Source: Hyphococcus sp.
GTDB lineage: Bacteria; Pseudomonadota; Alphaproteobacteria; Caulobacterales; Parvularculaceae
Reading direction: 5' to 3'
DNA: 64,000 bases
Assembly (NCBI GenBank): GCA_021776295.1
Contig: JAJFGE010000012.1
Span: 11,101 to 75,100, forward strand
Part shown: positions 52,445 to 61,393 of the stretch, in pieces
How the letters are laid out: the number at the start of each line of letters is the position of its first letter
How positions within the stretch are numbered: the stretch's first letter is position 1
Program-made: the position numbers and the translations under genes
The notes under the pieces: generated by a model
Told to the model about the DNA's origin: nothing
Database searches by the model: none
The model's input: the letters and a program-made list of their open reading frames with translations, nothing else

Positions 52445-53732
52445 TAATCTATTTAAGAAAGCCGTCGAGATACTGACGGCAAATGATCGCGGCGGTTACA
52501 CTGTGCCGACAGCAGGCCTTTATCCTTTTCAGTGGAATTGGGACTCGGCTTTTGTAGCGCTGGGTTTTGCGGCCTTTGATCAAAACCGCGCCTGGCGGGA
52601 GGTTGAAACCCTTTTTGAAGCACAGTGGGATGACGGTTTCTTGCCGCACATCATTTTTCATGTAGATGACCCTGGATATTTCCCGGGCCCTTCGGTGTGG
52701 CGAACGCAAAAGACACCCGCGACATCGGGCATCACACAGCCGCCGGTTGCAGCAAGCATTGTTCACGCTTTATGGGAGGCGGGCGGGCGAGACAATCATG
52801 ATCGTCTCGCCGCCATTTATCCGAAACTACTCGCATGGCATCGCTGGTTTCATCGTTATCGCGATCCCCTGGGCAAGGGGTTAGTCTTGGCGACGCACCC
52901 GTGGGAAACCGGTCGAGATAATTCGCCAGAGTGGGATGCGCCGTCGGCAGTTATCGATACATCGCAGGTTGAACCTTACGAGCGCCGTGATCTTGTGCTG
53001 GTCAATCATGAAATGCGTCCATCGAAAGATGATTACGACCGCTACCTGGCCATTTTGCAATTTGGCCGTGATCATCAATGGGATCACGCATTGATCGCCG
53101 AAAAAGGTCCCTTCCGGATGATTGATGTCGGTATGACCATGATTTTGTTACGCGCCAATCGGGACTTGCTGAGTATAGCTCAGGCGCTGGGCCGTGAGAA
53201 AGACTGTGAAGAGCTACGTAAACAGATTAAACTATCTGAAAAGGGCATTTCTTATCTTTGGGATGGCGAGCTAGGAGCTTTTTGTTCACGTGACATTATT
53301 TCAGGCCGCTCGTCAGGCATCATAACAAGCGCGTCTTTTCTCAATTTTTATGCTGGCGTTGGTGATGCATTACAAAGGGCATCTCTGATAACAAACCTGG
53401 ACCGAATATCGGCACGGGTTCGCTACCTTCTGCCCAGTACGGACCCTGACTTTAAAAAATTTAATTCTATCCTGTATTGGCGTGGGCCAATATGGGCTGT
53501 CATTAATCAAATGGTCGCTAGCGGGTTGTCGGAACAGGGCTATCAATCTTATGCCCAAAGAATTGCTGATGATACATGTGCACTCGTCAAGAAGTCTGGG
53601 TTTTATGAAGCATATTGTCCGCTAACAGGCGTTGGAACAGGTGGAGCGGAGTTTTCCTGGACGGCGGCAATTTGGTTGCATCTTTCAGCCCAGGACAGGG
53701 GCGGTAAAAGTTTTGTCAAAGGCGCCGCATGA
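52437..53732 (+). CDS. GH63 mannosyl/glucosyl-glycerate hydrolase-like glycosidase
   Basis: YTVPTAGLYPFQWNWDS, SGITQPPV, HPWETGRDNS, YWRGPIW, FYE, FSWTAA. Confidence 0.85.
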   Translation: MNDNLFKKAVEILTANDRGGYTVPTAGLYPFQWNWDSAFVALGFAAFDQNRAWREVETLFEAQWDDGFLPHIIFHVDDPGYFPGPSVWRTQKTPATSGITQPPVAASIVHALWEAGGRDNHDRLAAIYPKLLAWHRWFHRYRDPLGKGLVLATHPWETGRDNSPEWDAPSAVIDTSQVEPYERRDLVLVNHEMRPSKDDYDRYLAILQFGRDHQWDHALIAEKGPFRMIDVGMTMILLRANRDLLSIAQALGREKDCEELRKQIKLSEKGISYLWDGELGAFCSRDIISGRSSGIITSASFLNFYAGVGDALQRASLITNLDRISARVRYLLPSTDPDFKKFNSILYWRGPIWAVINQMVASGLSEQGYQSYAQRIADDTCALVKKSGFYEAYCPLTGVGTGGAEFSWTAAIWLHLSAQDRGGKSFVKGAA

Positions 53733-54667
53733 ATGGTGTAGATAAATCCGGCATCCGACCGCTTTGGGGCGGCATAGAGGCGGGTGGCACAAAGTTCATC
53801 TGCGCGATTGGCGCAGGGCCGACTGACATAATCGAAAAAGTCGTTTTTCAGACTACAAACCCTGAGGAAACGCTTGACGAGGTCTGCGCATTCTTTCGCG
53901 ATCAATTGGAAAAACGCGGCTCATTGAAGGCGGTCGGAATAGGCGCCTTCGGCCCTATAGATATCAATCCTATGTCGGAAAATTATGGCCGCATATTATC
54001 AACACCCAAAACAGTATGGCGTAATGCTGATATTCTTGGGCGGGTAAAAACCGCATTAAAATGCCCAGTGGCGATTGATACAGATGTAAATTGCGCCTTA
54101 ATCGGTGAGGTGCGATTCGGTGCTGGGCGCGGCATCCGGAACTTGGCGTATATTACGATCGGCACAGGCGTGGGTGCAGGGTTGTTGGTCGATGGTGAAA
54201 TTGTCTACGGTGAATCCCACCCGGAGATGGGCCATATTTTCTTACCAAAACTACCTGAAGACAAAAATTTTTCCGGGAGCTGCCCGTATCATCATGATCA
54301 GTGTATTGAGGGTCTTGCGGCTGGTCCCGCGATTATGGCGCGATGGGGCGCGCCAGCGGCGCAGTTGCCGCCAGATCACGCCGGTTGGGAAATGATCGCC
54401 CATTATATTTCTCTGTTGTGTTTGAATATATTATTGTCCGTTTCACCCCAACGTATTATTCTTGGTGGCGGCGTAATGAAACAGGCGCATCTGTATCCAT
54501 TGATCCGAGATGCGTTGCATAAAAATCTAAATGGATATTATGGGGCCAGAACGGACATCGTTGATTTTGAAAATTTCATTGTCCCACCACAATTAACAGG
54601 GGATGCTGGAATTGCTGGCGCTATTACACTTGCACAACAAGAAACGGCCTCAATTGAAGGAAAATAA
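53729..54667 (+). CDS. ROK-family hexose kinase (fructokinase/mannokinase-like)
   Basis: GIEAGGTKF, FGPID, DTDVN, IGTGVG, HPEMGH, CPYH..CIEGLA. Confidence 0.88.
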   Translation: MNGVDKSGIRPLWGGIEAGGTKFICAIGAGPTDIIEKVVFQTTNPEETLDEVCAFFRDQLEKRGSLKAVGIGAFGPIDINPMSENYGRILSTPKTVWRNADILGRVKTALKCPVAIDTDVNCALIGEVRFGAGRGIRNLAYITIGTGVGAGLLVDGEIVYGESHPEMGHIFLPKLPEDKNFSGSCPYHHDQCIEGLAAGPAIMARWGAPAAQLPPDHAGWEMIAHYISLLCLNILLSVSPQRIILGGGVMKQAHLYPLIRDALHKNLNGYYGARTDIVDFENFIVPPQLTGDAGIAGAITLAQQETASIEGK

Positions 54668-54753
54668 TTTGAATAATATAGGGGTGCTGAATGAATGTTC
54701 TTGCAGCGTAGATACAATATGATTCGTGTAGGAAATCGGGATATTCTAAGTAA

Positions 54754-55923
54754 TTATACGCTAGTAAAAAATCGGCTATTAAAGGGTAATGCCGCCGCGC
54801 CAATGGCGCAGGCGTCGCCATTAGTTTCGGAGGCCATGAGACGGGGCACCGATCGCGGCTCCGCACGCCGTGCATCGTCAAATATTTCGATATGAGGGAT
54901 CACCTTGCGCGCCAGTGATTTTGGAATGCGTCCGCCAAGAACAATTGCCTCCGGGTCGAGAGTGGCGGCGAGTGCAGACGTAATTAACGACAAAGAGTCC
55001 CGCGTGCGTGCGATCCATTCATCCACCGCAGGCCAATCAGGGTCAAATTTATGAAGCATGTCCGAGATGCCGCTAACTTCCGTTCCCTGTTGTGCAACGA
55101 GTTGGCGTAAAAGTTCCAGATTTGGATGCGGATAAACTGCGCGAGGAAGAATAAGCCCAATCTCGCCGCCATTGCCGTTGCAGCCGCGCATCAGTTCATG
55201 ATTGATGATGATGCCGCCGCCAATACCTGTTGAGAAAAATAGATAAGCAAAATTATCATAGGTTCGACCAGCGCCAACCAAACTTTCACCGATGGCCGCC
55301 ACATTGCCGTCGTTTTCCACCCAAATCGGAAAACCGAGTTGCTCACGTAACAATTCCTGAATATCGACTAAAGCCCAGTCATCGAGTGTGCGCGGCGTGT
55401 TGTATCTGGCGTGGCCGCCAAGGCTGTAGCCTGATATGCCGACGCCAACGCCCAGAATCTTCTTATTCGTGAGCCGGCGTTTTTTTATGAATTTTGCAAA
55501 TGTTTTGTTGAGCGTTTCTATAACAGCAGAACGTGTCATCGTGGACATATCATTTTGTGCTTGTTCGAGAACCACGCCAGAAAAATCCATTAATGACACG
55601 GATAGAGCATCGGTCATGATCGCGACGCCGAACGTGTAAGCGTAATCTGGCGCGATCTCCACAGACATTGAGGGTTGACCGCGACGGCCATCGGATTTGC
55701 GCTCACCTTCATAAAGAGCACCGCGTGCGATTAAACCACTTACCAGTCTAGAAATGCTTTGCTGAGCAAGATCTGTTCGCCGAGCAATCTCTGGCTGAGT
55801 CAGTCCGCCGCCGCGCAATGTAACACTCAGTATCTTTTTTTCGCTTTCTGAGGGCTCTTTGAAACCCACGCTTGTGGCGCGAGTTGCATGTTGTTTCACC
55901 GGTCTTGGTTTTGAAGAAGCCAT
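54754..55923 (-). CDS. ROK-family transcriptional repressor
   Basis: N-terminal HTH (TQPEIARRTDLAQQSISRLV, RGQP) plus ROK domain ENDGN, TGIGGG. Confidence 0.88.
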   Translation of the reverse strand: MASSKPRPVKQHATRATSVGFKEPSESEKKILSVTLRGGGLTQPEIARRTDLAQQSISRLVSGLIARGALYEGERKSDGRRGQPSMSVEIAPDYAYTFGVAIMTDALSVSLMDFSGVVLEQAQNDMSTMTRSAVIETLNKTFAKFIKKRRLTNKKILGVGVGISGYSLGGHARYNTPRTLDDWALVDIQELLREQLGFPIWVENDGNVAAIGESLVGAGRTYDNFAYLFFSTGIGGGIIINHELMRGCNGNGGEIGLILPRAVYPHPNLELLRQLVAQQGTEVSGISDMLHKFDPDWPAVDEWIARTRDSLSLITSALAATLDPEAIVLGGRIPKSLARKVIPHIEIFDDARRAEPRSVPRLMASETNGDACAIGAAALPFNSRFFTSV

Positions 55924-56003
55924 TGATCGTGTTCTCTCATCGCCGACACTGTTGAGCAGTATTATTTTATCAGAAAATCACTCAACAAAGTAAGAAAAAT
56001 GAC

Positions 56004-56510
56004 TGTTGCCCCTAGTAAAAAACCTATCCGGTAGAATTGGCAACGATCTGCGGCGCATGTCTGCCATAGAATATGGGCGATACCTTGCGGCTCTTGGGTC
56101 TTTTCCTGCGCGCCATCGTTGCTTCAATCAGGCCCACATGGGTCGAACAATTGTTCGAGGCCGAGAACATCAGCAAAGATATCCGCCGGGCAAAGCGCAA
56201 GAGGCGTGTGATGCAGGAAAAGATTCGTATTGTTTTTGAGGGCCTGCGCGGTGAATATTCAACTGCCGAGCTTATACTAGCGCGAAGGGGGCACGCATCA
56301 TCGTCTAATACGGCGGAACGTGTGTCTCGGTGAAAGTATGCGTCACGCAAAAAGCGATTGGCTGGCGTCGACACCACACGGCATGCGAGTTCGCCTGAGG
56401 TAAAGGGTTTGCGCCGTGAAACCAGCGGTCTGAAAGAGGTTGTTGTTGAGCCGATGCTCGAGAACTGCTTGCTTAAAAACATGCTCGCGTATGGGAATGA
56501 CCTCGAATGA
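56004..56510 (+). mobile_element. Decayed IS3-family fragment (left end and broken orfA)
   Basis: TGTTGCCCC terminus-like sequence; KDIRRAKRK...EKIRIVFEGLRGEYSTAEL and later LRRETSGLKEVV...LLKNM in shifted frames. Confidence 0.6.
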
Positions 56511-56828
56511 AGAATGTTCGGCCGCATTTTTCTGCCAGTTTAAAACATTGACTTGATGAAAGTCGACCACAGCAGGAGACGGATCAGATTTGTGATTTTA
56601 AGGCGCATTGGGCTTATTTGCGAAGTTGAAAATACCATTTTCTCCACCCTAAATTACATTGCAAAAAAATGTGGGGCTGGCATAGACAGAGAGCTATTGA
56701 ACCAGATTCAAGACGAATTGGAACGCTGGAGCAAGCATTTAAGTAAGTAAACATGCGGATTTCGTCGATGTATCATGCTCAATGACAGAATGAGAAGTAT
56801 TACGCGAATAAATCGCCTTGTCGGCGCG

Positions 56829-57914
56829 TGAATTATGCCGCAAGCACGGTGTTAGTGATGCGACTTTCTATAAGTGGAGGTCGAAATTTGGCGAATGGAA
56901 GTATCGGACGCCAGGAAACTCAAAAGCCTCGAAGACGAGAACCGCAAGCTGAAAAAGCTGCTGACGGAGCAGGTTCTGGATAACTCGACGCTGAAGGAGA
57001 TGCTCGGAAAAAACTTCTAACGCCTTTGAAAGGGGTTGGGCCCCCTTTCAACCGCGCAGAACCACCGTGAACTGGGCGATCAGGGAAAGGCACTATTCGC
57101 AAGCCAAGGCCTACGGGCTCGCCGGAATTGACCCGAAGACTCTTCGGTATCGATCAACAAGATCAGGCGATGAAGATTTGCGCAAACGCCGGTGTGAATT
57201 GGCGTTGGAACGACGGCGATTTGGCTATCGGCGGCTTCATCTGTTGCTGGCTCGCGAAGGCGTGCACCTTAACCACAAGAAACTCTATCGGATTTACAAA
57301 CAGGCGCGGCTGACAGTGCGAAAACGTGGTGGGCGCAAGCGCGCGATGGGAACCCGGCGGCCCATAGCCATCCCACAAGGACGCAATCAGCAATGGTCGC
57401 TCGACTTCGTTTCTGACGTCTTAAACGAGGGTCGCCGGTTCCGCATTCTCAACGTGATCGACGACTTTACGCGCGAATGCCTGGCGAGTGTAGTTGATAA
57501 CTCGCTGTCCGGCAGTCGGGTCGCGCGCGAACTTGATCGCATTGCTGAACGGCGCGGTTACCCTCTCATGGTGGTCAGCGACAACGGCACGGAACTCACT
57601 TCGAACGTCATCTTGTCGTGGCAGGAGGAACGAAAAGTTGAATGGCATTACATTCAACCAGGCAAGCCAATGCAGAACGGCTTCGTCGAGAGCTTTAACG
57701 GGCAGTTGCGCGATGAGTGTTTGAACGAACCTCTGTTCCGAAGCTTCGCTCATGCTCGCGACATCATCGAAACATGGAGGCGCGATTACAATCTGAAACG
57801 ACCGCATACGAGTCTTGAAGGGCTCACGCCAATTGAATTTGCAACCCGGTCCATCAAGGACCATAACCAGAACAGGCCGAGCCTATAAACGCGGGCATTA
57901 AAGGGGCAGCGTCA
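56829..57914 (+). mobile_element. Truncated IS3-family element: frameshifted orfA, orfB and right end
   Basis: ELCRKHGVSDATFYKWRSKFG / MEVSDARKLKSLEDENRKLKKLL...GKNF*, A6C slippery site at ~57008, right end ...GGGGCAGCGTCA. Confidence 0.85.
57067..57888 (+). CDS. IS3-family transposase OrfB (DDE domain)
   Basis: [38 protein letters not shown]. Confidence 0.9.
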   Translation: MNWAIRERHYSQAKAYGLAGIDPKTLRYRSTRSGDEDLRKRRCELALERRRFGYRRLHLLLAREGVHLNHKKLYRIYKQARLTVRKRGGRKRAMGTRRPIAIPQGRNQQWSLDFVSDVLNEGRRFRILNVIDDFTRECLASVVDNSLSGSRVARELDRIAERRGYPLMVVSDNGTELTSNVILSWQEERKVEWHYIQPGKPMQNGFVESFNGQLRDECLNEPLFRSFAHARDIIETWRRDYNLKRPHTSLEGLTPIEFATRSIKDHNQNRPSL

Positions 57915-57987
57915 CATCACTTGGATGAGGCCCTTGGCGGCAATCGCGTCCTTTAAGCCTTTCCCCTTACTCATTGGACAGCTCCTT

Positions 57988-58863
57988 TCAGCGGTTCTCG
58001 TAAGCGGCGATATTAAACTGACCAAGTTGGTTTTTTTCAACGCCAAGGATTTTACGAGCCGCATCAACATTTGCTATCGGCCGGTTCAGTTTATTGGCCA
58101 GATTGGCAATTGTACGCACGCGGTCAGCGTTGTTTCTGGCAAGCGAGCCATCTTTATTCAACATGTTGTTCTCGAACCCGATACGGCAATGCCCGCCTGA
58201 TTCGATGGAGAGCTTTGCACACTCGGTTTCGTCTGCACCGAAGGCGCAACACATCCATGACATGTCACTATTGCAGGCAAGAAACTGTTTTAACTGCGTC
58301 ACGCCGCTAGATTTTCCGTCATAGCGTCCGCAAACAAACAGTGGCGATGGGATGGATTGTGCAATTACGCCGCGCTTACGCAATTCATGAAAACGCACTA
58401 GCTCCGCTGGTGAATAGATGATGTGCTGTACGTGGATCTGTTTGCGCACCGCCCAGGCCAGGAAAGCTGCGGCCTGCACTTCGTGGTTGTCGTCTGAAAT
58501 CAGCTCACTGATGGATACTGAAAACGCTTCTGGCTGCAATACGCGGATCAAATTCATTTGATCTTCCGGAGAATATCGCCCAACCGCTTCCGTCGTCACT
58601 TGTATGATCAGACTATCGCCGGTTTGTTCGCGGACAGCGGCGATCGCCTCCCTGTACAATCCTTCGTCCAGTGAGTGGTTTTGTTGCGCGTCTCGCACAT
58701 GAAGATGCAACAGCGTCGCGCCCTCTTCGGCGCAGGCACGCGCTTCTATTGCAATCTCCTCAGGCGTTAATGGAATTGCCGGGTGGTCGCTTTTTCTCCT
58801 TCGCGCGCCATTGGGGGCGACGGCGATGATCAACGGCGTCAACTGCGACTCATCTGGCGACAT
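57988..58863 (-). CDS. Beta-keto acid cleavage enzyme (BKACE/DUF849, Kce-like)
   Basis: VAPNGA, PLTPEEI, HLHVRD, GGHCRIGFENN. Confidence 0.88.
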   Translation of the reverse strand: MSPDESQLTPLIIAVAPNGARRRKSDHPAIPLTPEEIAIEARACAEEGATLLHLHVRDAQQNHSLDEGLYREAIAAVREQTGDSLIIQVTTEAVGRYSPEDQMNLIRVLQPEAFSVSISELISDDNHEVQAAAFLAWAVRKQIHVQHIIYSPAELVRFHELRKRGVIAQSIPSPLFVCGRYDGKSSGVTQLKQFLACNSDMSWMCCAFGADETECAKLSIESGGHCRIGFENNMLNKDGSLARNNADRVRTIANLANKLNRPIANVDAARKILGVEKNQLGQFNIAAYENR

Positions 58864-60211
58864 TGGTTCGACGTTGCAGCGTCACCTGTGTATCCAAAGC
58901 GACATCCAATGCGTCGCAAATCCGTTCGGCGATGAGATCAATTTCCTCTGCGGTGACAATATAGGGGGGAGCCAGCAAAACATGATCGCCTTGATATCCA
59001 TCTGCCGTTCCGCCTCCAGGATAGCACATCAGGCCAAGCTCCATTGCGGCTTTCTGTATGTTAGCGGCTTGTTTTAAAGACGGATCAAAGGGTTGTTTCG
59101 TTTTTCTGTCTTGAACAATTTCCAACCCAATAAATAACCCCCTCCCACGAATATCTCCGACGAATGGATGATCGCAAAGCCGTTGATGGAGTGCAATCTT
59201 CAATTGCTCTCCTCGCTCATTCACATTCTGCAGCAGACGGTCTTGCTCGATGACCTCAAGAACGGCGCATCCGGCGGCGCAGGCAATCGCATGACCCATA
59301 AATGTGTGGCCATGCACAAATTTCCCCGATCCTTCAAGAAATGCCTGATATATTTCTTCTCGCGCCAAGACAGCACCAATAGGCTGATATCCGGCAGCGA
59401 GGCCTTTGGCGAGAACAAGAATATCCGGCGTTACCTCTTCTTGCTCGCATGCAAATAATGTCCCTGTACGGCCCATTCCGCACATCACTTCATCAAATAT
59501 CAACAGGACGCCATATCGGTCGCAGATTTCGCGAATTCTTTTGAAATATCCTTCAACTGGCGCAACTGCCCCTAAAGTGGCGCCAACCACTGGTTCAGCA
59601 ATAAAGGCAGCCACTGTTTCGGGGCCAAGCTTTTCTATCGCGCTTTCCAGTTCGTTCGCAACACGCTGTCCGTAGGCGTGCGAATTTTCTTCTTCGCGTC
59701 TGTTGCGGTACTCGTAACAGGGAGCGATTTGTTCGGCGTTACGCAACATAGGCATGAACGGCGCCTTACGCCATACACTTTCGCCCACAGCAAGGGTGGC
59801 GAAAGTACTGCCGTGAAAACTGCGCCGCCTAGCGATAACGTTGATTCGATTCGTTTCACCTTTTTCGACTTGATATTGGCGCGCCATTTTTAGCGCCGCT
59901 TCAATCCCCTCTGAACCACCACATACAAATTGCACATGATTGAGGTCGCCGGGGCTATGCTGCGCCAAGTTTTCAGCCAACCTCTCCATCGGATCATTGG
60001 AAAAAAAGCTGGTATGGGCATAAGCCAGTGTTTCGACCTGCCGCTTTATTGTGTCAATAATTTTAGGATGGCCGTGTCCAAGGCAGGAAACGGCTGCGCC
60101 GCCGCATGCATCGAGATACCGCTTCCCAGACTGATCAAAAATGTAAATGCCATCGCCGCGTATTGCTATGGGCAAAGGCGCCAGTGGTTCTCGATGAATA
60201 ACGTGTGTCAT
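58850..60211 (-). CDS. Class III PLP-dependent aminotransferase
   Basis: YLDACGGAAVSCLGH, GSEGIEAALK, EPVVG, DEVMCGMGRTG, AKGL, HGHT. Confidence 0.93.
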   Translation of the reverse strand: MTHVIHREPLAPLPIAIRGDGIYIFDQSGKRYLDACGGAAVSCLGHGHPKIIDTIKRQVETLAYAHTSFFSNDPMERLAENLAQHSPGDLNHVQFVCGGSEGIEAALKMARQYQVEKGETNRINVIARRRSFHGSTFATLAVGESVWRKAPFMPMLRNAEQIAPCYEYRNRREEENSHAYGQRVANELESAIEKLGPETVAAFIAEPVVGATLGAVAPVEGYFKRIREICDRYGVLLIFDEVMCGMGRTGTLFACEQEEVTPDILVLAKGLAAGYQPIGAVLAREEIYQAFLEGSGKFVHGHTFMGHAIACAAGCAVLEVIEQDRLLQNVNERGEQLKIALHQRLCDHPFVGDIRGRGLFIGLEIVQDRKTKQPFDPSLKQAANIQKAAMELGLMCYPGGGTADGYQGDHVLLAPPYIVTAEEIDLIAERICDALDVALDTQVTLQRRTNVAR

Positions 60212-61236
60212 GAAACAGTATTCTTTTTGCCAAGTTTACTTGCCGCATATGCGGTGGGTTGATCCACATAAGCAGCGAAATCAGTGAGTTGTTTTTCGCT
60301 GTCATTAAGAACGGAAAGCGCTTTTTCCCCGCCTTTAGCGATCATAACCGTTGTCAGGGCTTCAACAAGCGCGATAACTGGAACGACGCTACCTAAAACG
60401 GGTGGCCCTTTGCGGCCAAATATTAGCACGTGATGGGCGTGAGCGGCGAGCGGCGATAACGGGCTATCCGTCAACGCCAAAATTCTAGCGCCACATTTTT
60501 CAGCATAACGCACCGCCGCAACAGTGTTGTTCGAATAGGGCTCCATGCCAATTGTTACGAAGACATCACCCTCGCCAATACCGCGCATATCATCAGCAAA
60601 CGTACCGCCGAGGCCTTCACTCAAAAATACTTCCCCGCGCACCATCCGGCAAATATAATGCAGCGCGAATGCTGCTGGAAAACAACTGCGAAAACCACAT
60701 ATGTAAACGTTTTTCGCACTCATAATCAGGGCGCCGACTTCGGCAAGTAGTTCAGGATTATTTTGCTCAAGAACTTCGATCAAATTAGCGTTGTTGGCAG
60801 CGTGAAGCTCAGAAATAAGTTTCGCAATTTCCTCGTGTTCGCCGTGCCATTGAAGCTGTTGCGCACGCTCAAGATAACCGGTTTTAGATTTGCGGATTTG
60901 CTTTTGAAAGAGCCCTTTCATTTCCGGAAAACCTGAAAATGAAAAACCCTGGGCGAATCGCACAAGGTTAGAAGGATCCATGTCGAGCTGGCCCGCAATA
61001 TCACGTGTAGACGACATGGCGACTTCGTCGGGATGCTCTAGCAAGAATGACGCTATCTTCCGAAAATTCGGGCTCATTTCATTGTAAGATTTAGAAATCC
61101 TGGATGATAACTCGTCTACAGTTTGCACTTTAGTGGCCTTTTCCTTTGCACTCGCCGATGCTGCTATCGATACTGTAAAGCCAAATAATCGGCCCCAGAT
61201 AGCAAAATCGCCCTTTGAGTCACCCTCACCAGCCAA
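60208..61236 (-). CDS. MurR/RpiR family regulator (HTH-SIS)
   Basis: PSNLVRFAQGFSFSGF, GFRSCF, LTDSPLSPLA; true start probably downstream. Confidence 0.88.
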   Translation of the reverse strand: MAGEGDSKGDFAIWGRLFGFTVSIAASASAKEKATKVQTVDELSSRISKSYNEMSPNFRKIASFLLEHPDEVAMSSTRDIAGQLDMDPSNLVRFAQGFSFSGFPEMKGLFQKQIRKSKTGYLERAQQLQWHGEHEEIAKLISELHAANNANLIEVLEQNNPELLAEVGALIMSAKNVYICGFRSCFPAAFALHYICRMVRGEVFLSEGLGGTFADDMRGIGEGDVFVTIGMEPYSNNTVAAVRYAEKCGARILALTDSPLSPLAAHAHHVLIFGRKGPPVLGSVVPVIALVEALTTVMIAKGGEKALSVLNDSEKQLTDFAAYVDQPTAYAASKLGKKNTVS

Positions 61237-61393
61237 GGCTCAGATTTAATTTTTGCTACTTTTATCAATTTTTTTGCATTTTTGCAACATTCGTTGCGAA
61301 ATCATGCATCAAATTCACCCTTTGTTGCGAGGCTTCTTATTTCGTGATAACGTCAAAGTGATTAGGGCAAAAATTAGTTTCCGGGAGGGATGC

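Noticed and set aside
56553-56750. 65-aa ORF between the two IS relics
   Set aside because: No recognisable motif; probably a gene fragment, not enough support to call
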